A stretch of DNA of 64,000 bases, from the NCBI GenBank assembly GCA_963719035.1, contig CAVRAO010000012.1:258180-322179 (forward strand). Direction: 5' to 3'. The first letter of the stretch is position 1; every line of letters starts with the position of its first letter. The position numbers were made by a program, and so were the translations under genes. Below are positions 1 to 10,982 of the stretch, in pieces. Origin of the DNA: Methanobacteriota archaeon (lineage in GTDB: Archaea; Halobacteriota; Bog-38; Methanoflorentales; Methanoflorentaceae). The notes below the pieces were generated by a model. The model ran no database searches and was not told the origin of the DNA. It saw nothing but the letters and a program-made list of their open reading frames with translations.

Positions 1-250
1 GCCGCGGAGAGCACGCAGACTATCATAACCCTGAGGGTTATCGACGATTGTCGTGCTCTCAAGCGCTTCGATCTCCTTCTTACAGAAGGTAATAACGTCC
101 TCCAATATCTCTTCGCAATCCATTTTTATTCCCCGCTCCTGCTCACTTATGGCGCAGAAAAAGCATCGCACCGCTAAGCATTCTCTTTGTATGATGAAGA
201 AGCTTTGCAGGGCTTATGTTTTTATAGCGCAAGCGAGCATTGAGGCGACG

Positions 251-700
251 GTGATTGTTATAAGCTTTGAAAAATGCGTGCAGTTTGCAAACGACCACCC
301 GATATGTTCTGTGGCGACCGTCGATGGCGATCAGCCGCGAGTGAGGACGTTTGGGTTGTGGTTTGCTGACAAAGACGGCTTCTACTTTTCGACGGGCAAG
401 ACAAAGAGCATCTATCGACAGTTTGCCGCAAATCCGAAGGTTGAGCTCTGTTTTTATACGCCACCGGAGCGTCCGCCCGAAGAAGGAGGGGCGGTTGACA
501 TCGGGACGATGATGCGGGCATCGGGTACGGTCAAATTCCTCGACGAGGCTGGCCTTAAACAGCGTCTCCTTGATGAGCGACCATTCTTGCGTTCCTTTGC
601 GGAAAATGTCGCTATATTCCACGTTCGAAATGGTGAGGCGTGGTTTTGGACGTGGGAAGACAACGTGCACGAGGCTGACATTAAGCGAATTCCCTTCTAA
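251..700 (+). CDS. pyridoxamine 5'-phosphate oxidase-like (FMN-binding split barrel) protein
   Basis: ATVDGDQPRVR, FYFSTGKTKSIYRQ and NPKVELCF motifs; GTG start at 251 after GAGG is more plausible than the ORF-track start at 53. Confidence 0.85.
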   Translation: MIVISFEKCVQFANDHPICSVATVDGDQPRVRTFGLWFADKDGFYFSTGKTKSIYRQFAANPKVELCFYTPPERPPEEGGAVDIGTMMRASGTVKFLDEAGLKQRLLDERPFLRSFAENVAIFHVRNGEAWFWTWEDNVHEADIKRIPF

Positions 701-836
701 AGCAGAAACCAGGGACGGCAACAGAACGAGCCGCTTTCTGTTTCACCCGTTTCTGTTTTTTCAAGTGCGTTCTTTTAAAAGAGGGCCTCCAACCTTTTCT
801 CCAGCAGTCCGGGGGTGATTCATTCGTGATTGCTTG

Positions 837-1169
837 CTATCGGCTTGTTTCCCATACCAACTGCAAGAGACGCGTGATCTGAGCCTCGTCGATTTCGCCC
901 ACGTTGCGAATCTCGACGTGCTTCATCGTTCCTGAGCCGACAAATTGGCTTACCTCGTCTGCTGAAAGACCGACCATGGAAAAGCCCAGATTCACGTGGT
1001 CTTTGAGTGCAACAATGTAGTAGGCCCCACCGTCGTACGTTGGGACCCCCCACTTCATCTCCTCTCGTATCTGAGGGAGGGCCCGGAGGATAATCTCTCG
1101 CAGCCGCTCGCAGATCTCTCTTTGCGGCGAGGGTTGCTTATTAATGTAGCTCTCGACGTTTTCGGTCAT
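837..1169 (-). CDS. DUF1801 (YdhG-like) protein
   Basis: LREIILRALPQIREEMKWGVPTY...HVNLGF...GSGTMKHVEI pattern. Confidence 0.85.
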   Translation of the reverse strand: MTENVESYINKQPSPQREICERLREIILRALPQIREEMKWGVPTYDGGAYYIVALKDHVNLGFSMVGLSADEVSQFVGSGTMKHVEIRNVGEIDEAQITRLLQLVWETSR

Positions 1170-1521
1170 CTTTCCGCTTCATAGCGCTGTCTTTTTTCCG
1201 CAGTTCTCGCTGAAGTTAGCCACGTAGGGACTAATTTCGTTGCGCACGGTAAAAAGCTATGCTCAGCGGTGAGGCACTATCGTTGGGTTCAGCGCTTTAA
1301 TGAGCCGTAATAGCGCTCGAGCCAATGACGCTGAAATATAAAAACTGCACCAAAACTGCATTTTTATATAGCTCCGACTGGCTCAGTTGAACGGGAGGCA
1401 CTACTAGACGCGCTTAAGGATCTAGTTGTTTAATATCGGACGTGCCTTAATCGAAGGATGAAATAAAAAAAAGAAAAATAAAGCTTGATCTTTTTTGAGA
1501 ACTTCCATGCCAAGCAAATGC

Positions 1522-1758
1522 CTAGCCACTGATCATATGCAACTGAGGACTCATGGATAGCACGCCAGCAACAACAGCAAGTAGCAACCAAGATGTCGAT
1601 ACCAAACCGAGCTTCATGTTCAAGATATCACCAATGATTCCTAAAGCAACAAATATTAAGGAGAGAATCGTCATAGACGTGGCAGCCTTATTGCAATATC
1701 CAATTTCCCTTAATATGTGCTCACGGTTCTTGAAAGGTTGATGATGTGAATAACTCAT
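1522..1758 (-). CDS. small 2-TM membrane protein
   Basis: GGAGGTG RBS upstream of ATG 1758; two hydrophobic stretches; minus-strand T-tract downstream (~1462-1480). Confidence 0.6.
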   Translation of the reverse strand: MSYSHHQPFKNREHILREIGYCNKAATSMTILSLIFVALGIIGDILNMKLGLVSTSWLLLAVVAGVLSMSPQLHMISG

Positions 1759-1976
1759 AATAGGACACCTCCTTTTCAATGCTTATGCAAGAGGTGATTG
1801 TTGGCTTAACAATTCCCATTCTTTTTTCCACAAAACAGCCCGGCCCAGAAGCTAGTATCGTTCAGCTGCGAAACTCAGCTCCAGGTGAGGGCGGCGGTAT
1901 AGGTCGCAATAGCACGGGCCCCATCGACCGTAAGGATATAGTCGACACGCTCAAGTCAATGATTGTATCGCGCTCG

Positions 1977-2353
1977 TCATCGTCTCCGCTGTATAGCGGC
2001 GAGATTGCGTTCGAAGACTGTGGCAGTCTTACTAGCCTCCTCCTCGTGACTAAAAATCACAAATTCAGTGCCAGCTTCTATAATCGCTCTATGCATTGGC
2101 TCCGCGTAGAACACATCTCCGGCGTTAAAGACCTCTTCACGGTCTTTGTATATTACTCGACATCTTTCTTTTAAGATATATCCCCAAGCCGCGCGGGGCT
2201 CATGTCGTCAGGCAAGCCTTTGAGGAATGGAGTCTCGTCGTATTCCTTATCGAAGGTAGCTATCTCGGCGCGTATCGCACCCCACACTGTTCCCCGAAAG
2301 GCAAACCCTTCTCCTTTTGCTATAACTGGCGGCTCTGTCTTTGAGCTTCTCAT
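1977..2353 (-). pseudogene. cupin-like protein, frameshifted near 2190
   Basis: N-part ...PFLKGLPDDM continues in another frame as WGYILKERCRVIYKDREEVFNAGDVFYAEPMH...IQRRR* (read by hand). Confidence 0.7.
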
Positions 2354-2408
2354 CGTAGCCTCCTTTTAAGGGAGATGTTGTGCGTAATAGTTCGGATAGT
2401 TGCTGCAA

Positions 2409-2678
2409 TCAGGCCTTGCGACCGTCCGCGCCGCTTTGCCTATCGATAATAGTACCTAGCACAAGGCGCTTACGTAAGGGGCTAAAATACGACTGACGTC
2501 TTTCTTCTTCCTGTCCATCATTCGCGGTATTCCTGAAGTACGAAACGAGCGCATCGAGCGCTTGCGTATCATCTAATTGAGCTTCTGACTCATCATAGAC
2601 TTTTGTTTTTACTTCAGAAAGCGCACGGTTCAATAACTCCGCATCGCTGCCGGTTAAGATTAGTCCCTTCTCAATCAT
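2409..2678 (-). CDS. hypothetical protein
   Basis: GGAGG RBS before ATG 2678 (MIEKGLIL...); helical-looking sequence. Confidence 0.5.
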   Translation of the reverse strand: MIEKGLILTGSDAELLNRALSEVKTKVYDESEAQLDDTQALDALVSYFRNTANDGQEEERRQSYFSPLRKRLVLGTIIDRQSGADGRKA

Positions 2679-3035
2679 TTTTTCCCTCCTTGCTTGTTCG
2701 TACTTTTTACATGGACACGCTTCATCATAGCGTGATGGGTTTTTTCTGACGACCAAACTAGCGACAAACTGGCCGTAATTTCATAAAACCGACGCTTATC
2801 GCTTACGTTCCGAAGTAAAATAGATCGTGCGTCTCTCGCTTAGGATGGCGGTATAACTCGCAGTAAAACGGAACGCGATCATATTCGCCGCGTCGCTGGC
2901 ACTGTACATAAAGCTCGCAGCTTACGCAGTAGGTCATAGTCAATAATGGGTATCGAAGCGCCAATTACCTAATCGACGAGCATAGCGAAAGTAATAGCTG
3001 CACTATCAACCGCGCGTAGCCGAAAATAACTCCTA

Positions 3036-3063
3036 TTGTTGTAACAAGCGGACGTTACAACAA
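3036..3063. promoter_or_regulatory. perfect 10-bp inverted repeat TTGTTGTAAC-N8-GTTACAACAA, probable operator
   Basis: read directly; lies ~85 bp upstream of the 3149 gene in a divergent intergenic region. Confidence 0.5.
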
Positions 3064-3148
3064 CATTTATTTCCTTAGAGCGCCTTTATACGCGTTTAGG
3101 AAAACGGCGGTTCTATTATCGCCGAAAACATGAAATGAGGTGAAAGAT

Positions 3149-3451
3149 ATGAGTAAATTTTTTGCTAAGTGGTGGATTGACAACTCAAGATTGCCGGCTT
3201 CACCGCAAGAAAACGCGGCTCTCAGGGTAAAGATGCTCGAGATGGTGAAAGCTGAATTGAGCGCAGGCAAGTTTACTGACTGGGGACAGTATGGCAACGG
3301 AATGGCCGGATACTGCATTGGCGAAGGGAGCGAGGAGGACATGTACGCTATCATGTTCAAGTGGATGCCGGTTGTCCAGTTTAAGGTGCTCCCAGTGCTC
3401 AGCGTCGACCAATCGATAAATATAATGAAGAAGTTTGTGCAGGGCAAGTAA
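3149..3451 (+). CDS. DUF3303-like small alpha/beta protein
   Basis: GAGGTG RBS; DWGQYGNGMAGYCIGEGSEED...KWMPVVQFKVLPVLSVDQ pattern. Confidence 0.6.
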   Translation: MSKFFAKWWIDNSRLPASPQENAALRVKMLEMVKAELSAGKFTDWGQYGNGMAGYCIGEGSEEDMYAIMFKWMPVVQFKVLPVLSVDQSINIMKKFVQGK

Positions 3452-3457
3452 CCTGCA

Positions 3458-3477
3458 TCTTCTCTTTTTTTCTTTTT
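3458..3477 (+). terminator. archaeal oligo-T terminator
   Basis: TCTTCTCTTTTTTTTCTTTT directly after the stop at 3451. Confidence 0.5.
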
Positions 3478-4146
3478 AGACTTCGCGCATGCAAATTGCA
3501 TGCAACTAAGTAGCCTGGACTAAATCCAACGAACTCCAAAAAAGATAGGTAGAATGAGGGACGAAAGCGGATCCGGACCGAGGATATTTAGAATAATCAA
3601 AAAAATGATTATCTCCGCCTTCGTCGGTGCCTCATAACGATAGAAACCAGATATACTTTTCTATTTGCGTTTGTTACTCTGTTTTAAGCAGAAACTTAGG
3701 GGTATTTAGCTTCAAGAAGGCGCTGCACAAGACCTTTTTTAAAACCATCGCACGCGTGGCCTGTCTATGTCGCCGGTCCGCTCACCGTACTATATGACAT
3801 AGCACAGCGCCATTATCAGGTCATCTTTAGAAGTCACCTCAGCTCTCAACGTGAGCGCCCCAGCTCGAGGAAATTAGGGAAATTTTTTTGGTGGAAGCGT
3901 ACCAAGTTGTATGAGGCCCTTAGCTGCAACTGTTTGCTGCGATCTGTGTCGTATCAGCAGATAAAGCGAACTTCGGCGGGTCAAAGGGGATATTGAACAT
4001 GGTAGGATTAGACGCCTTACGTCTGCTGTATTTGTGGAAAGCCTGTCATCTCGTAACGATCTCGTCTTGGATGAACGAAGTGTTTTAGAATCTGACTGCG
4101 GCTGGCAGTTGTTAGTGGTTTCCGACACGGAAACGATGATGATTGG

Positions 4147-4779
4147 CTACGAGGCAGCTCCCACACTCCACAAACCACGGTGCTCTTGCATCGCTAACAG
4201 CTGAGCCTCATAGAAAGTCTGTTTGCACGAGATGTCGGGCGGATATGGCGTCGCCTGAGCGTATCCTTCACGTACGAGCTCATAATTGACTAGGATATCC
4301 GCAACAAACACGAAACGGAGCAGGCGACCATATCTGTCAGTTTCCCTGACGTCTTTGACGAGAATGACGTTCTTGCCTGCGACAAGCTCTTTGTTCCTCG
4401 TGGTCGCTTCAGAGCTCATCCATTCGTTCTTCACCGTATCTTCCGGCGCGTTGATCCCAATATAGCGCACCGTGTAATCTACATCGTCGATGCGCACATG
4501 AACGGTATCCCCGTCGACGATTTTGGTAACGACGCCACTCGTTGTCCGAGCAGGCGTCGCGTTAATGCACGCAAATGAGCTTCCTGTTGTGAGAACAGGG
4601 GCAGAAATCGGCTCCCCGCTCGTGGGCGCTTGTGCACTGTGCTCGGTATCGTTGACTTCTTGTTGCGTTAAGCAGCCACAAACAGAAACCAAAAGTGCAA
4701 TAGCAATTATCACGTAAAGCGCTGGCTGTTCGCGCTTCATAAACATAAGACGGGGAGCAATGGCTTTCGAAGATGTCAC
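4147..4779 (-). CDS. secreted/lipoprotein thermonuclease (SNase family)
   Basis: KIVDGDT, VRYIGINAPE, DRYGRLLRFV, AMQEHRGLW; hydrophobic leader ending SVCGC; true start may be the internal M. Confidence 0.9.
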   Translation of the reverse strand: MTSSKAIAPRLMFMKREQPALYVIIAIALLVSVCGCLTQQEVNDTEHSAQAPTSGEPISAPVLTTGSSFACINATPARTTSGVVTKIVDGDTVHVRIDDVDYTVRYIGINAPEDTVKNEWMSSEATTRNKELVAGKNVILVKDVRETDRYGRLLRFVFVADILVNYELVREGYAQATPYPPDISCKQTFYEAQLLAMQEHRGLWSVGAAS

Positions 4780-4796
4780 GTTTTGCTTCCAAATGG

Positions 4797-5447
4797 CTAC
4801 CCTTGAAGTTGGGCAGTGCGAACTCCCATGTCAAAAGCTTTTTGGCAATCTTTGGGAAATTCTTCTTTTCGTCTCTTTGCTTTCTCTTGAACATCAAATA
4901 ATGTTGACTCATACTTAGAATAATCGTCAAATTGATAGGTATCGGTAACAAACAGCGATTCTGATTCTCCGAAGATCCTCTTTATCACCCTTTCAGCAAC
5001 CTTGAGATGCTGATCATAGCCCATTAGTTTCATCTGGTCTTCTCGCGCACCCATAGTGTAAATTAAACCCATCTTGATCTTCTTCTTAAAAAGCGTTGAA
5101 TGGTTCATATCATACACCAAGTACGGAAATATTAACCGTTCCATGAAGGATCTCATCTCGCCGGTAGCGGTTCCCAGGTAGATTGGAGAACCCAAGATAA
5201 TGGCATCAGCCTCCTCAGCTTTTTTGAGAATTGGTGTCAAATCGTCATTTACGGCGCACCTGCCATAGCTCTCGCCATTTTTCAATTTGCAGGCAAAACA
5301 GCTAATGCAGCCTTTAAAATTGAGCTTATAAAGATGAACAAGTTCAGTCTCTGCTCCGTGTGAAGCCGCTCCTTCAAGCGCGTTATTTAATAGGGTTGCG
5401 GTATTGCATTTAGTTCTCGGACTTCCGTTTATCGCTAATACTTTCAC
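4797..5447 (-). CDS. flavodoxin-fold iron-sulfur flavoprotein (Isf/WrbA-like)
   Basis: INGSPR...NT, CISCFAC...C Cys motif, GSPIY. Confidence 0.9.
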   Translation of the reverse strand: MKVLAINGSPRTKCNTATLLNNALEGAASHGAETELVHLYKLNFKGCISCFACKLKNGESYGRCAVNDDLTPILKKAEEADAIILGSPIYLGTATGEMRSFMERLIFPYLVYDMNHSTLFKKKIKMGLIYTMGAREDQMKLMGYDQHLKVAERVIKRIFGESESLFVTDTYQFDDYSKYESTLFDVQEKAKRRKEEFPKDCQKAFDMGVRTAQLQG

Positions 5448-5585
5448 ACTCTTGCATCTCCCTTATAGCGATTTAACCGTTTGTTTATACGAACGCGTAT
5501 CCGAACATTGACTCAAACTCATACGCCGTGTGTACCGACACTATCAAAGTCCGACAACGTGATTGAGGGGCTTAGTATCAGTCTA

Positions 5586-6320
5586 TTATTCTTGAATTTC
5601 GTGAGCCGAAAAGCCTTTCCTGATTACCCTGTGGCTGCCGTCACAAAAAGGTTTATTCGAAGAGCTGCCACATCGGCATAGGGTGACGCGATTGCGAATT
5701 TCGTAAGTCGTTCCATTCGCTGCTTCTATTGGGATACATCCGCGGACCCAGAGAGGACCGCTATATCCTCTCAGCGGCTCCTCGACCACTGCGATGGAGG
5801 GTTCAAACTCAGGCTCAATGGGTTTTCCAGTTTTTTTATCAAACGCCACTAGGCGACCTGAGTTGCAGTTCGCCACTTCTTCGATGGCAATACGTCGCGC
5901 CTCGGGATTATCTGAATGTAAAGTCAGCTCGCGAATGCCGCCGGCGCGATTACACATGCCCACGTGTGAGCAAAGGTCCCGAACATCATTCAGAATGAGC
6001 CCTGGCCCATCTACCTCTCCGGCGTGAGAGAGATACGGCTCCCTACTAGCGGTCTCCGTGCCACCGAAATGCACTTCTTCGTGAGTGTCGTCGCAAAAAG
6101 GTTTGTCTTTGGACTGCCCGCAGCGACATAACGAATACGCGTCCTGCAAGGGGTAACGTTTGCTCACGTGGTAATCGTAAGGGTAATCATCGGCATCATT
6201 TGCAACTGTGAGTTCGAGCAGAGGAATAGCGCCCGAAACGTTATAAGGGCCGTCTTTGCACACCTTAATATTGCGTTTGTCATTGACCTTCTCTCTTGTG
6301 CGTTCTTTTTCACTTGCCAT
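5586..6320 (-). CDS. CDGSH iron-sulfur domain protein
   Basis: two LCRCGxSxxKPFCD(D/G)xH motifs plus a central CSHVGMC segment. Confidence 0.9.
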   Translation of the reverse strand: MASEKERTREKVNDKRNIKVCKDGPYNVSGAIPLLELTVANDADDYPYDYHVSKRYPLQDAYSLCRCGQSKDKPFCDDTHEEVHFGGTETASREPYLSHAGEVDGPGLILNDVRDLCSHVGMCNRAGGIRELTLHSDNPEARRIAIEEVANCNSGRLVAFDKKTGKPIEPEFEPSIAVVEEPLRGYSGPLWVRGCIPIEAANGTTYEIRNRVTLCRCGSSSNKPFCDGSHRVIRKGFSAHEIQE

Positions 6321-6509
6321 AATCACTCGTCCCTCTTTTTGTTAAGGCGTTATTCGCTTCGGTAGCATCATTTATAGTTCTAACCCGCAAGGCGGCCCGT
6401 CAAGCGTAGCTAGAAGCTATAGAACTACGCCTGTGCCTTAAGCAAAAAAAGGTCTAAGCTAATGAATCACTTAGAATAACAAAGCCTGGAGCGCTCAGCG
6501 CACGCTTTG

Positions 6510-7187
6510 CTTACGGAAGTCCCTTGATTATTGCGTATCCTTCTGCTTCCGAAAACGCCTTCAAGGTCTGTATGCTTGCCGCTCCGCGGCCCGCGATAAT
6601 GAGTACCGCTTTCCCCATTGCCTCGTCGCTCGGAACCTTTAGCAATTGCAATCATATCGTACTTTCCAAAGACAAAGTAGAACTCTTTAAGGTTTCCACC
6701 GACGGACTTGAACGTATTCCAGGCGAGTTCCACTCGCTGGGGTGTGTCCTTCACCTTCTCGATTCCTGCCTGAGTCCATTTAATAAGCATAACGAACTGC
6801 CGCACCATGCCGAGTATATTCTCATTGTGCCACCATTCGACGATCTTGCCTTTCGCTATGCGAAAGATGCTGGCACGCGTCATTGCAATGGGCTTACCGG
6901 TCGGAGCGAGGCCCATGAACTAGCCCTGATGCGTGCCACGAATAGTCATCCTCACGGCGACCCGATCTCCTTCGGGAATCACGTCCTCGACGGTAACGTG
7001 GCTGTCGGGGAAGGCACCGCTCATCATGCGAAACGTCTGCTTTATGCCGTCCAACCCTGGGGCCTGATGTGGGGGTGGGTTGTGGTCGACGACATCAGGA
7101 TCGCATACTTCCTCGAAAATCGTGATGTTAGCGGCGTTGAACGCTTCTGTATAGCGATCGAGCGGCTTTGCTCTCTTCTATTGACAT
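6510..7187 (-). pseudogene. decayed chimera: SnoaL-like ester cyclase fused in frame to a GYD-domain protein
   Basis: AFPDSHVTVEDVIPEGDRVAVRMTIRGTHQG*FMGLAPTGK (in-frame TAG) runs into FVMLIKWTQAG...GKYD; frameshifts near 7160 and 6635. Confidence 0.7.
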
Positions 7188-7341
7188 GGACAACGCCGTT
7201 CACGTAAGCGTGCTTCGGTTTTTGTCCGCACTGCTACACGTATCGTGCGTAAGAGCGCCCCTGATAGCAAAAAGAAAAGAAATTGCTGCAACAAACTCAA
7301 GCAATGCTCGGGGTTTACGCAGCAAGGTCGCTTGCAAGCGC

Positions 7342-7641
7342 TTAACGCTGAATGCCCATCTTCTTTGTCCACGCGGTGGCCTCTGACTGCTTCAGTACGG
7401 GATGCACCTTGACTTTTCCGACAAGCCGGAATGGTTCCACAGCAGTGTTTAAAGCTTCGTTGTCGTTTGCATCAACAACCAAAAAAAACACATGTCCCGG
7501 TGCATCGGTGTACATCTCAGTGAGGGTAACACCGGAGCGCTCCACGTGTTCGACGACTTTTGTAAAAAAATCCTTGTCGGGTCGTACAAGTCCTCCCGGA
7601 CAGTCATCAGCGGTATGTTTGGCAATTACCATAAAAAGCAA
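7342..7641 (-). CDS. small dimeric alpha/beta-barrel-like protein (DUF3303-like)
   Basis: GGAGGTGA RBS, TTG start; HTADDCPG...PGHVFFLVVDA...VKVHPV. Confidence 0.6.
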   Translation of the reverse strand: MLFMVIAKHTADDCPGGLVRPDKDFFTKVVEHVERSGVTLTEMYTDAPGHVFFLVVDANDNEALNTAVEPFRLVGKVKVHPVLKQSEATAWTKKMGIQR

Positions 7642-7986
7642 TGAATCACCTCCTGCAATGAGTTGTGCAAACGAGTTGTGTTGACGTGTTTATATCACTT
7701 GCGCGCTCTTAACCACGCTGTGAGTAGATGTTCTGCTGGAATGTGAAGGGGAAGGCCAGAGAGTGCTATTGCCTTTAAGAATTTGGCGTTTGATGCCGAG
7801 ATGATCGTAGTTGCGCATAGTGCCGCATTGTCTAAATGACGAATTTACGACGTAAAGCAACACCGCCCGGCGCTATTAAAGCGGCCGGATTTCGTCGGTG
7901 GTGATGGCGGTTGACCGCCATCATCAAAACTTATATGCGTGAAAAAGACGGAACGCACGCTTCACGGAGGTGAGAAAATAACACAA

Positions 7987-8202
7987 ATGCTTCCGCAGTG
8001 TTTCAATTGCAAACATTTCCATACGGAGGGGGACAAATGTGACGCCTACCCGACTGAAAGGCGGTACAACTGCGACGCGTTCCCTGATCCAAAGCGAGAG
8101 ATACCTGGGGACCTTCTTTCGAATACGGTCCTCCATAAGACGCCATATGCAGGAGATCACGGCATTCTCTATGACCCAATCGACCCTAAAATATCTTATT
8201 AA
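7987..8202 (+). CDS. small Cys/His-rich hypothetical protein
   Basis: GGAGGTG upstream; CxxCxH...CDAFP...IP...HKTPYAGDHGI pattern. Confidence 0.55.
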   Translation: MLPQCFNCKHFHTEGDKCDAYPTERRYNCDAFPDPKREIPGDLLSNTVLHKTPYAGDHGILYDPIDPKISY

Positions 8203-8828
8203 GCTATAACTCGCGAGTCTTTATCGTTGGACAACCTTTTTCTCATCAACCTTCGATTTTGAGCCCCCTAAGAACTTGGCTTTCTGACCGACGCAGCTTC
8301 CTATTCTTAACGGTTGCCCTTTTTCGACAGGGGTGCACCGTCAATTCTTGCCACTTTTTAACGTCACAGCGGATCTAGACGTCCTGCGTTTTGTGGCCGT
8401 CTAGGGCATCGATGAGAATGAACGAGGTGGGGGGGATAGTGACGGTTTGCACCGCTAGGTCCAAGCTGATGCTGCTAACGTAAACTGCCAGTCTCGCAGC
8501 GACGCTTGTGGCCAAGTACGTCGAAGAGCACCTCGGGCGAAAGAAGTTTGCCGTAGACTGTGAGGCAGAAATTGAAAAGTTGCAGAAGGAGCTCGCAGAT
8601 TACAAGCAACACCATCAGAGGGAGATAAACTCACTGACCACAGAGCTCACGGCTGAACGCGCCTTTGGACTTTGAGTCTGCGGAAGTGGCACGATTGAAG
8701 CAACCTCAGCCAGGTACCTTTGATTGCCCGCGGCATCGTCGCCTTGTTATGAAGGGTAGCTCCCCTCTCTCGAGCTACTGTCAAAGGTGAGTTGCTTCGG
8801 TTTTTAATTCTCTGTCGCGCAATATGGT

Positions 8829-9347
8829 CTATCGATCGGGGACGCGCGAACCTTCTAGACTAAAGAATTCGTAATTCGACGAAACATACAAATGAGCAGC
8901 TTTTTGAGGCTCACCGCGTGTCGCAACGACTTCTCCGACAAATACTGTATGGTCCCCTGTCTCAAACTGCCCGACGACTTTACACTCAAACGCCACAGTC
9001 GCCCCTTCAATCGTCGGCACTTGCACCGCGATAGAGTCGATCAATGAGAGGCCCCCCTCTTTGATCTTGTCGATATCTCGTCCCGATCTCGTGCCGCAAA
9101 ACCAGGCCGCTTCCGCTTGTTCTGCACTTGGATAGTGGACCACAAACTCCTTGTGAAAGTCAATTCCCGCGTGCGAATAACGCGAATGATCGATCGATAT
9201 GATCAATAAGAAAGGATCAATCGACGTGCGGGTTACCCACGATACGCCGAGGGCGTTCGGTTTTCCGTTTGTGTCGAGCGACGTCACGAGGCTATAAATC
9301 ATTGGCGCGGCGAGCGCACCGCCCTCTTTAGGGGTTAATATTTGCAT
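8829..9347 (-). CDS. flavin reductase family protein
   Basis: CGTRSGRDIDK, FECKVV...GDHTVFVGEVV. Confidence 0.9.
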   Translation of the reverse strand: MQILTPKEGGALAAPMIYSLVTSLDTNGKPNALGVSWVTRTSIDPFLLIISIDHSRYSHAGIDFHKEFVVHYPSAEQAEAAWFCGTRSGRDIDKIKEGGLSLIDSIAVQVPTIEGATVAFECKVVGQFETGDHTVFVGEVVATRGEPQKAAHLYVSSNYEFFSLEGSRVPDR

Positions 9348-9558
9348 GCTTTAGCTCCTCAGGCTGGATATCACATCTCTGGCTTAAAGCTTCCGTCTGC
9401 TGCACGCTGCGACCATGTCGATGACTCCGACAAATGGAGATGCTGGGCAGGGGAAAGCAATAGTAGTGTATGGGTGCACGAATCTGAGAGAGGATTGCCC
9501 CCGACTGTCACACAATGATTGTCAACGCTGTGTTATTCGCCAAGGGCGCCGCGTGCGC

Positions 9559-10392
9559 TTATGCTTCCGGAGGGCCTTGCTCAAGCAGCTGCTGAATCCG
9601 ATCTTCGGCGGTGATCCCTTGGTTCCACAGCCCCTCAAAGGTGGACGTGAGATATTGAGCATAGATAGGATCATCGGTCCACAGCGCAGCAACTGGCTGG
9701 CTAAGTGAAAAACGAGTAATCTCGGCGTTAATCGCACTCATCGCGATTTTTCGGTCAAACACAACGAACAAGATCCCTAGCTGATCGACATGGCGCACCT
9801 CTTCACCAATGGATAACATTTCTCGCACTGGCTCAATGACTTGATACGAAATGTCGACTATGACTCGCACCTTTCCTCCACGCTTGATAAACTCACTGGC
9901 TGCGTCATTGATCCCGAAAAGCGAGGCAAGAATTGTCGCCGTACCAGGGACAACCAGAAGCCACTCCTCTTGCATCGAGTTAACGAGGGGAATGACGGCG
10001 GCGATAACTTCCTTGACACTTTTTACAATCTTAAATGTGGTAACCTCGTCGGACGGCCGAAACCGCTGCTGCTTTGAAAGCTCCTGCAGCTCCCGCTTTC
10101 GCACCTCCATCTCGCGTAGCTCGCTCTCCTGCTTCTTGAGCGCTGATTCAAGCGCGGCGTCGAGGTCGACCGCGGCGTACGTCGTCGGCGAATCGAGCGA
10201 TGGACGTACCATACCCTTGTCGATGAGGCTCGTGAGGGTGCGGTGCACGTCTTCGCGATAGGTGTGCAGCGATTTGGCGAGCGGCGACGGCGTCTTGGGG
10301 CCGTACTTAAGCAGGTGAAGATAGGTCTGTGCCTCTTTTTCGCTGAGCCCGAAACCAATCAAGCGGGTTGTAAATTCGTCATCAGTGGTCAT
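9559..10392 (-). CDS. TrmB family transcriptional regulator (copy 1)
   Basis: FGLSEKEAQTYLHLL...VHRTLTSLIDKGMV winged HTH plus a C-terminal effector domain. Confidence 0.9.
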   Translation of the reverse strand: MTTDDEFTTRLIGFGLSEKEAQTYLHLLKYGPKTPSPLAKSLHTYREDVHRTLTSLIDKGMVRPSLDSPTTYAAVDLDAALESALKKQESELREMEVRKRELQELSKQQRFRPSDEVTTFKIVKSVKEVIAAVIPLVNSMQEEWLLVVPGTATILASLFGINDAASEFIKRGGKVRVIVDISYQVIEPVREMLSIGEEVRHVDQLGILFVVFDRKIAMSAINAEITRFSLSQPVAALWTDDPIYAQYLTSTFEGLWNQGITAEDRIQQLLEQGPPEA

Positions 10393-10683
10393 CAGTTATC
10401 ACAATGTACATTGTATTAAGCAATAGGTGTAGGTGCGCTTTAACAACAATAGAGGAGCTAAACACCGTTTTTTGAGCGTTACAGCGCCACAATTCAATGC
10501 CTTAATAGCATCGAACTTAGTTGCCAAGTTCCTCACCTTTTGACCTGTTCTCGAAACCAAGATGGTTCCACCTTGCTCCAGCATGTTCAAACTTACTACT
10601 TTTAAAGTGATTACCTTAAACCTTGTGATGCCTGATTTTGACAATATTGACTTATTCTATCCTAATAAATTCGCTTGTAGAAT
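10393..10683. repeat. duplicated upstream region of the TrmB genes (copy of ~12431-12720)
   Basis: long near-identical blocks, e.g. TAGCATCGAACTTAGTTGCCAAGTTCCTCACCTTTTGACCTGTTCTCGAAACCAA in both. Confidence 0.9.
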
Positions 10684-10982
10684 TATGGGGGCCATTTCGG
10701 CTCTCTATTAGCTCTTCGGGCGGCACTGTGTGAACGTAGGCTACAACGAGCTTGTAGAAGGGTTATTCCTTATCGCCTTTTAGGGTCTGCGGATGTGCTA
10801 CCTTGCACAAAGGCAGCTTTGTGTTGACAGTGATAACCCAATTGCGAGAACGTGCTGAAAGTGAAAGATAGATAAGAACAAGTGGGGAAGGGAATGAAGA
10901 GTTACCCTCGCAAGAACCCGGTAGCACCTGCGTAACAATTCGGGTTCAAAAGAGCCTCACATCACCCCAAAATCTTCTATGC

